A DNA stretch of 64,000 nt from Cyanophora paradoxa CCMP329 (taxonomy: Eukaryota > Plantae > Glaucophyta): the NCBI GenBank assembly GCA_004431415.1, contig QPMI01000193.1, positions 62,001 through 126,000 of the forward strand. The letters are read 5' to 3'. Each line of letters begins with the position of its first letter. The stretch's first letter is position 1. The notes under the pieces are model-generated. The model saw nothing but the letters and a program-made list of their open reading frames with translations, did not search any database and was not told the origin of the DNA. Shown in pieces: positions 62,392 to 64,000 of this stretch. Position numbers and translations under genes: made by a program.

Positions 62392-63594
62392 CGGCCGGGC
62401 CGGGCGCTCTTGTTGCGGTCGACACTCCGCTGCTCGGCTTCTCGGTTTCGCCGCGGTGCTTGCTTCGGCAGATTGCCCCGCAGCCTTATAATTATGCCCG
62501 GTAGCTATAGTAGCTTCGCCAAATTGCGCGCGTGAGTCTGCTGCTGTGCAAGTCCGCATCAGATGGGACGGCGAGCTGCGCATGCAGCCGCTTCTGTGCC
62601 CGGAGACGTCGTCCCGGGGCGGGACTTTTTTCCAAATAACTGTCGTCCTGTGCAGGAACCTTTCTCGAAGCGTGTGCGCTTCGATGCAGCTATCATCATG
62701 GCTATTACGAACGCCGGCCCGCTACGGCCGCTGGCTGCACTGCAGCTTAAGCTTCAGCAGTGTTTGCAACAGCCGCCAGTTACCTTATTCAGCAGCAGCT
62801 CAGCGGAAGCCCTTCCCTTGGCGGGTTTCAGACGACGATAAGAGGCGCTCGAGGCGGCGGGACGCCTCACCATGCTCTTGCAAGACGGCGTTCTTCAGGA
62901 CCGGCGCCGCTGGCTGCCGCTCATGATCACCCCCAAGGTCGACTTCCGCCCCGATCCCCTCCAGAAGGCCTGGATCGACTATGTCTACGGCGAGCCCTCT
63001 GCAGACATCACCATCATCTTTTAGCCAGCTGTTCAGGGTTAGCGGTAGGCCGTGCGAACAGAGTTGATGCGGAGCGTTTTTTGGCTCCAGAACAATCTTT
63101 CATATAGTGTGCGCTGAGTCTGTCGACGTCCTTTCATTTGCTCTTTTTTTATTCGATTTCATCGCAGCGTGTGCTTATCGGGCCTTTTCTATTATCGGGC
63201 CTTTTTGGAAACGGGGTAGGGCCCCCGTTTTCGGTAACTCACAAAATGACGAGTCTGCTCATCTCCCGATCCAGCTCCGAGCTCTTAACCCAGTGTTAGT
63301 GCATGCATAAGAGCCCCGAATTCGTTGTCAGAACCCGGAAAGAGCGGAATGCTGCGCGGAAAAAAGGACCGGACCCTTTCCTAAACTATCCCTTGCAGCG
63401 CCTGATCCTGTGGTCGCATAGGGGCCGGACCAAGTGCATAAGAAAGCTCTTGCAATGCTCGGCAGAGCTTGTCATACATGCCAGTGCTCGGGAAGCAGCG
63501 CGTGGCGCGCTAGGCCGCATCAAGTACCTGTTGTACCGAACGCGGAATAACTTGGTGGCCTGCGGCCAAAAGGTCGGCGCTAGCCGTTCTTGCT

Positions 63595-63765
63595 TCAGCT
63601 TCGAGCTTGATCTCGAGCTTGAGACTCGCGATGAAGTCTGATGGTTTGAGCATTGAGCTTGAGCTCAAGCCACAAAGCCTGTGCTCAAGCGGAACGCGCT
63701 TGACAGCGAGCCAAGAGGCTTAATATAGAGCTCGAGCTTGAGCTCGATCGAGTTTGAGCTCAAGT
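63595..63765. repeat. Cluster of GAGCTTGA/GAGCTC/CTCAAG motifs, possibly transposon subterminal repeats
   Basis: The motif is reiterated many times in both orientations. Confidence 0.5.
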
Positions 63766-64000
63766 TCATCGACCGGCTCTCTGTTATTACCGAGTGTCGC
63801 CGCTCGGTTGTACCCGTCGCTCGCGATCGAAGTGTGCACCGAGTCGCTTCTCTCCTTGCGCGCGGGGGCGTCCTTGAGCATGTCGGGCATCAACTACATC
63901 TACGATTTAGATGTTTGAACGCGTTTCGGAGCTCCCACCGTGCCTGTATCGCGCAGCTGCAGAAGAGTCGCACACACATCGCGATCAGCAATTTCTTAGG

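Noticed and set aside
62546-63641. Short ORFs near the right end
   Set aside because: No recognisable domain or consistent exon structure; not called.

Overview
Eukaryotic nuclear DNA, not prokaryotic: very GC-rich and extremely intron-dense (introns mostly 50-120 nt), so the ORF track is largely spurious and genes had to be assembled by hand across introns. A cyanobacterial-type TrpRS with a long N-terminal targeting extension suggests a plastid-bearing alga or protist; the species cannot be fixed from sequence alone. I can support about 15 genes: a beta-propeller 3' end, a bZIP factor, a C2/ARM-repeat giant, an acidic repeat protein, a SulP/SLC26 transporter, a membrane aspartic protease, an NHL-repeat receptor-like protein, a SARM1-like TIR + CCHC protein, an ARID + F-box-like protein, a small all-beta protein, TRPC4AP, EXO5, a GRHPR-like dehydrogenase, TrpRS and a BC-box LRR protein. 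There is also a cluster of three MITEs at 33.0-34.7 kb and three inverted partial gene duplicates. Most notable: (1) a SARM1-type TIR domain lacking the catalytic Glu, fused to a zinc knuckle, with an inverted TIR-only copy bracketing transporter, protease and receptor genes; (2) frequent GC-AG introns with C-rich 5' and G-rich 3' halves in place of a polypyrimidine tract; (3) inverted duplicates each about 11 kb from their source; (4) a micro inverted-triplication mutation signature in non-coding DNA. Exon boundaries, family assignments and counts are manual and from remembered motifs; no searches were run.
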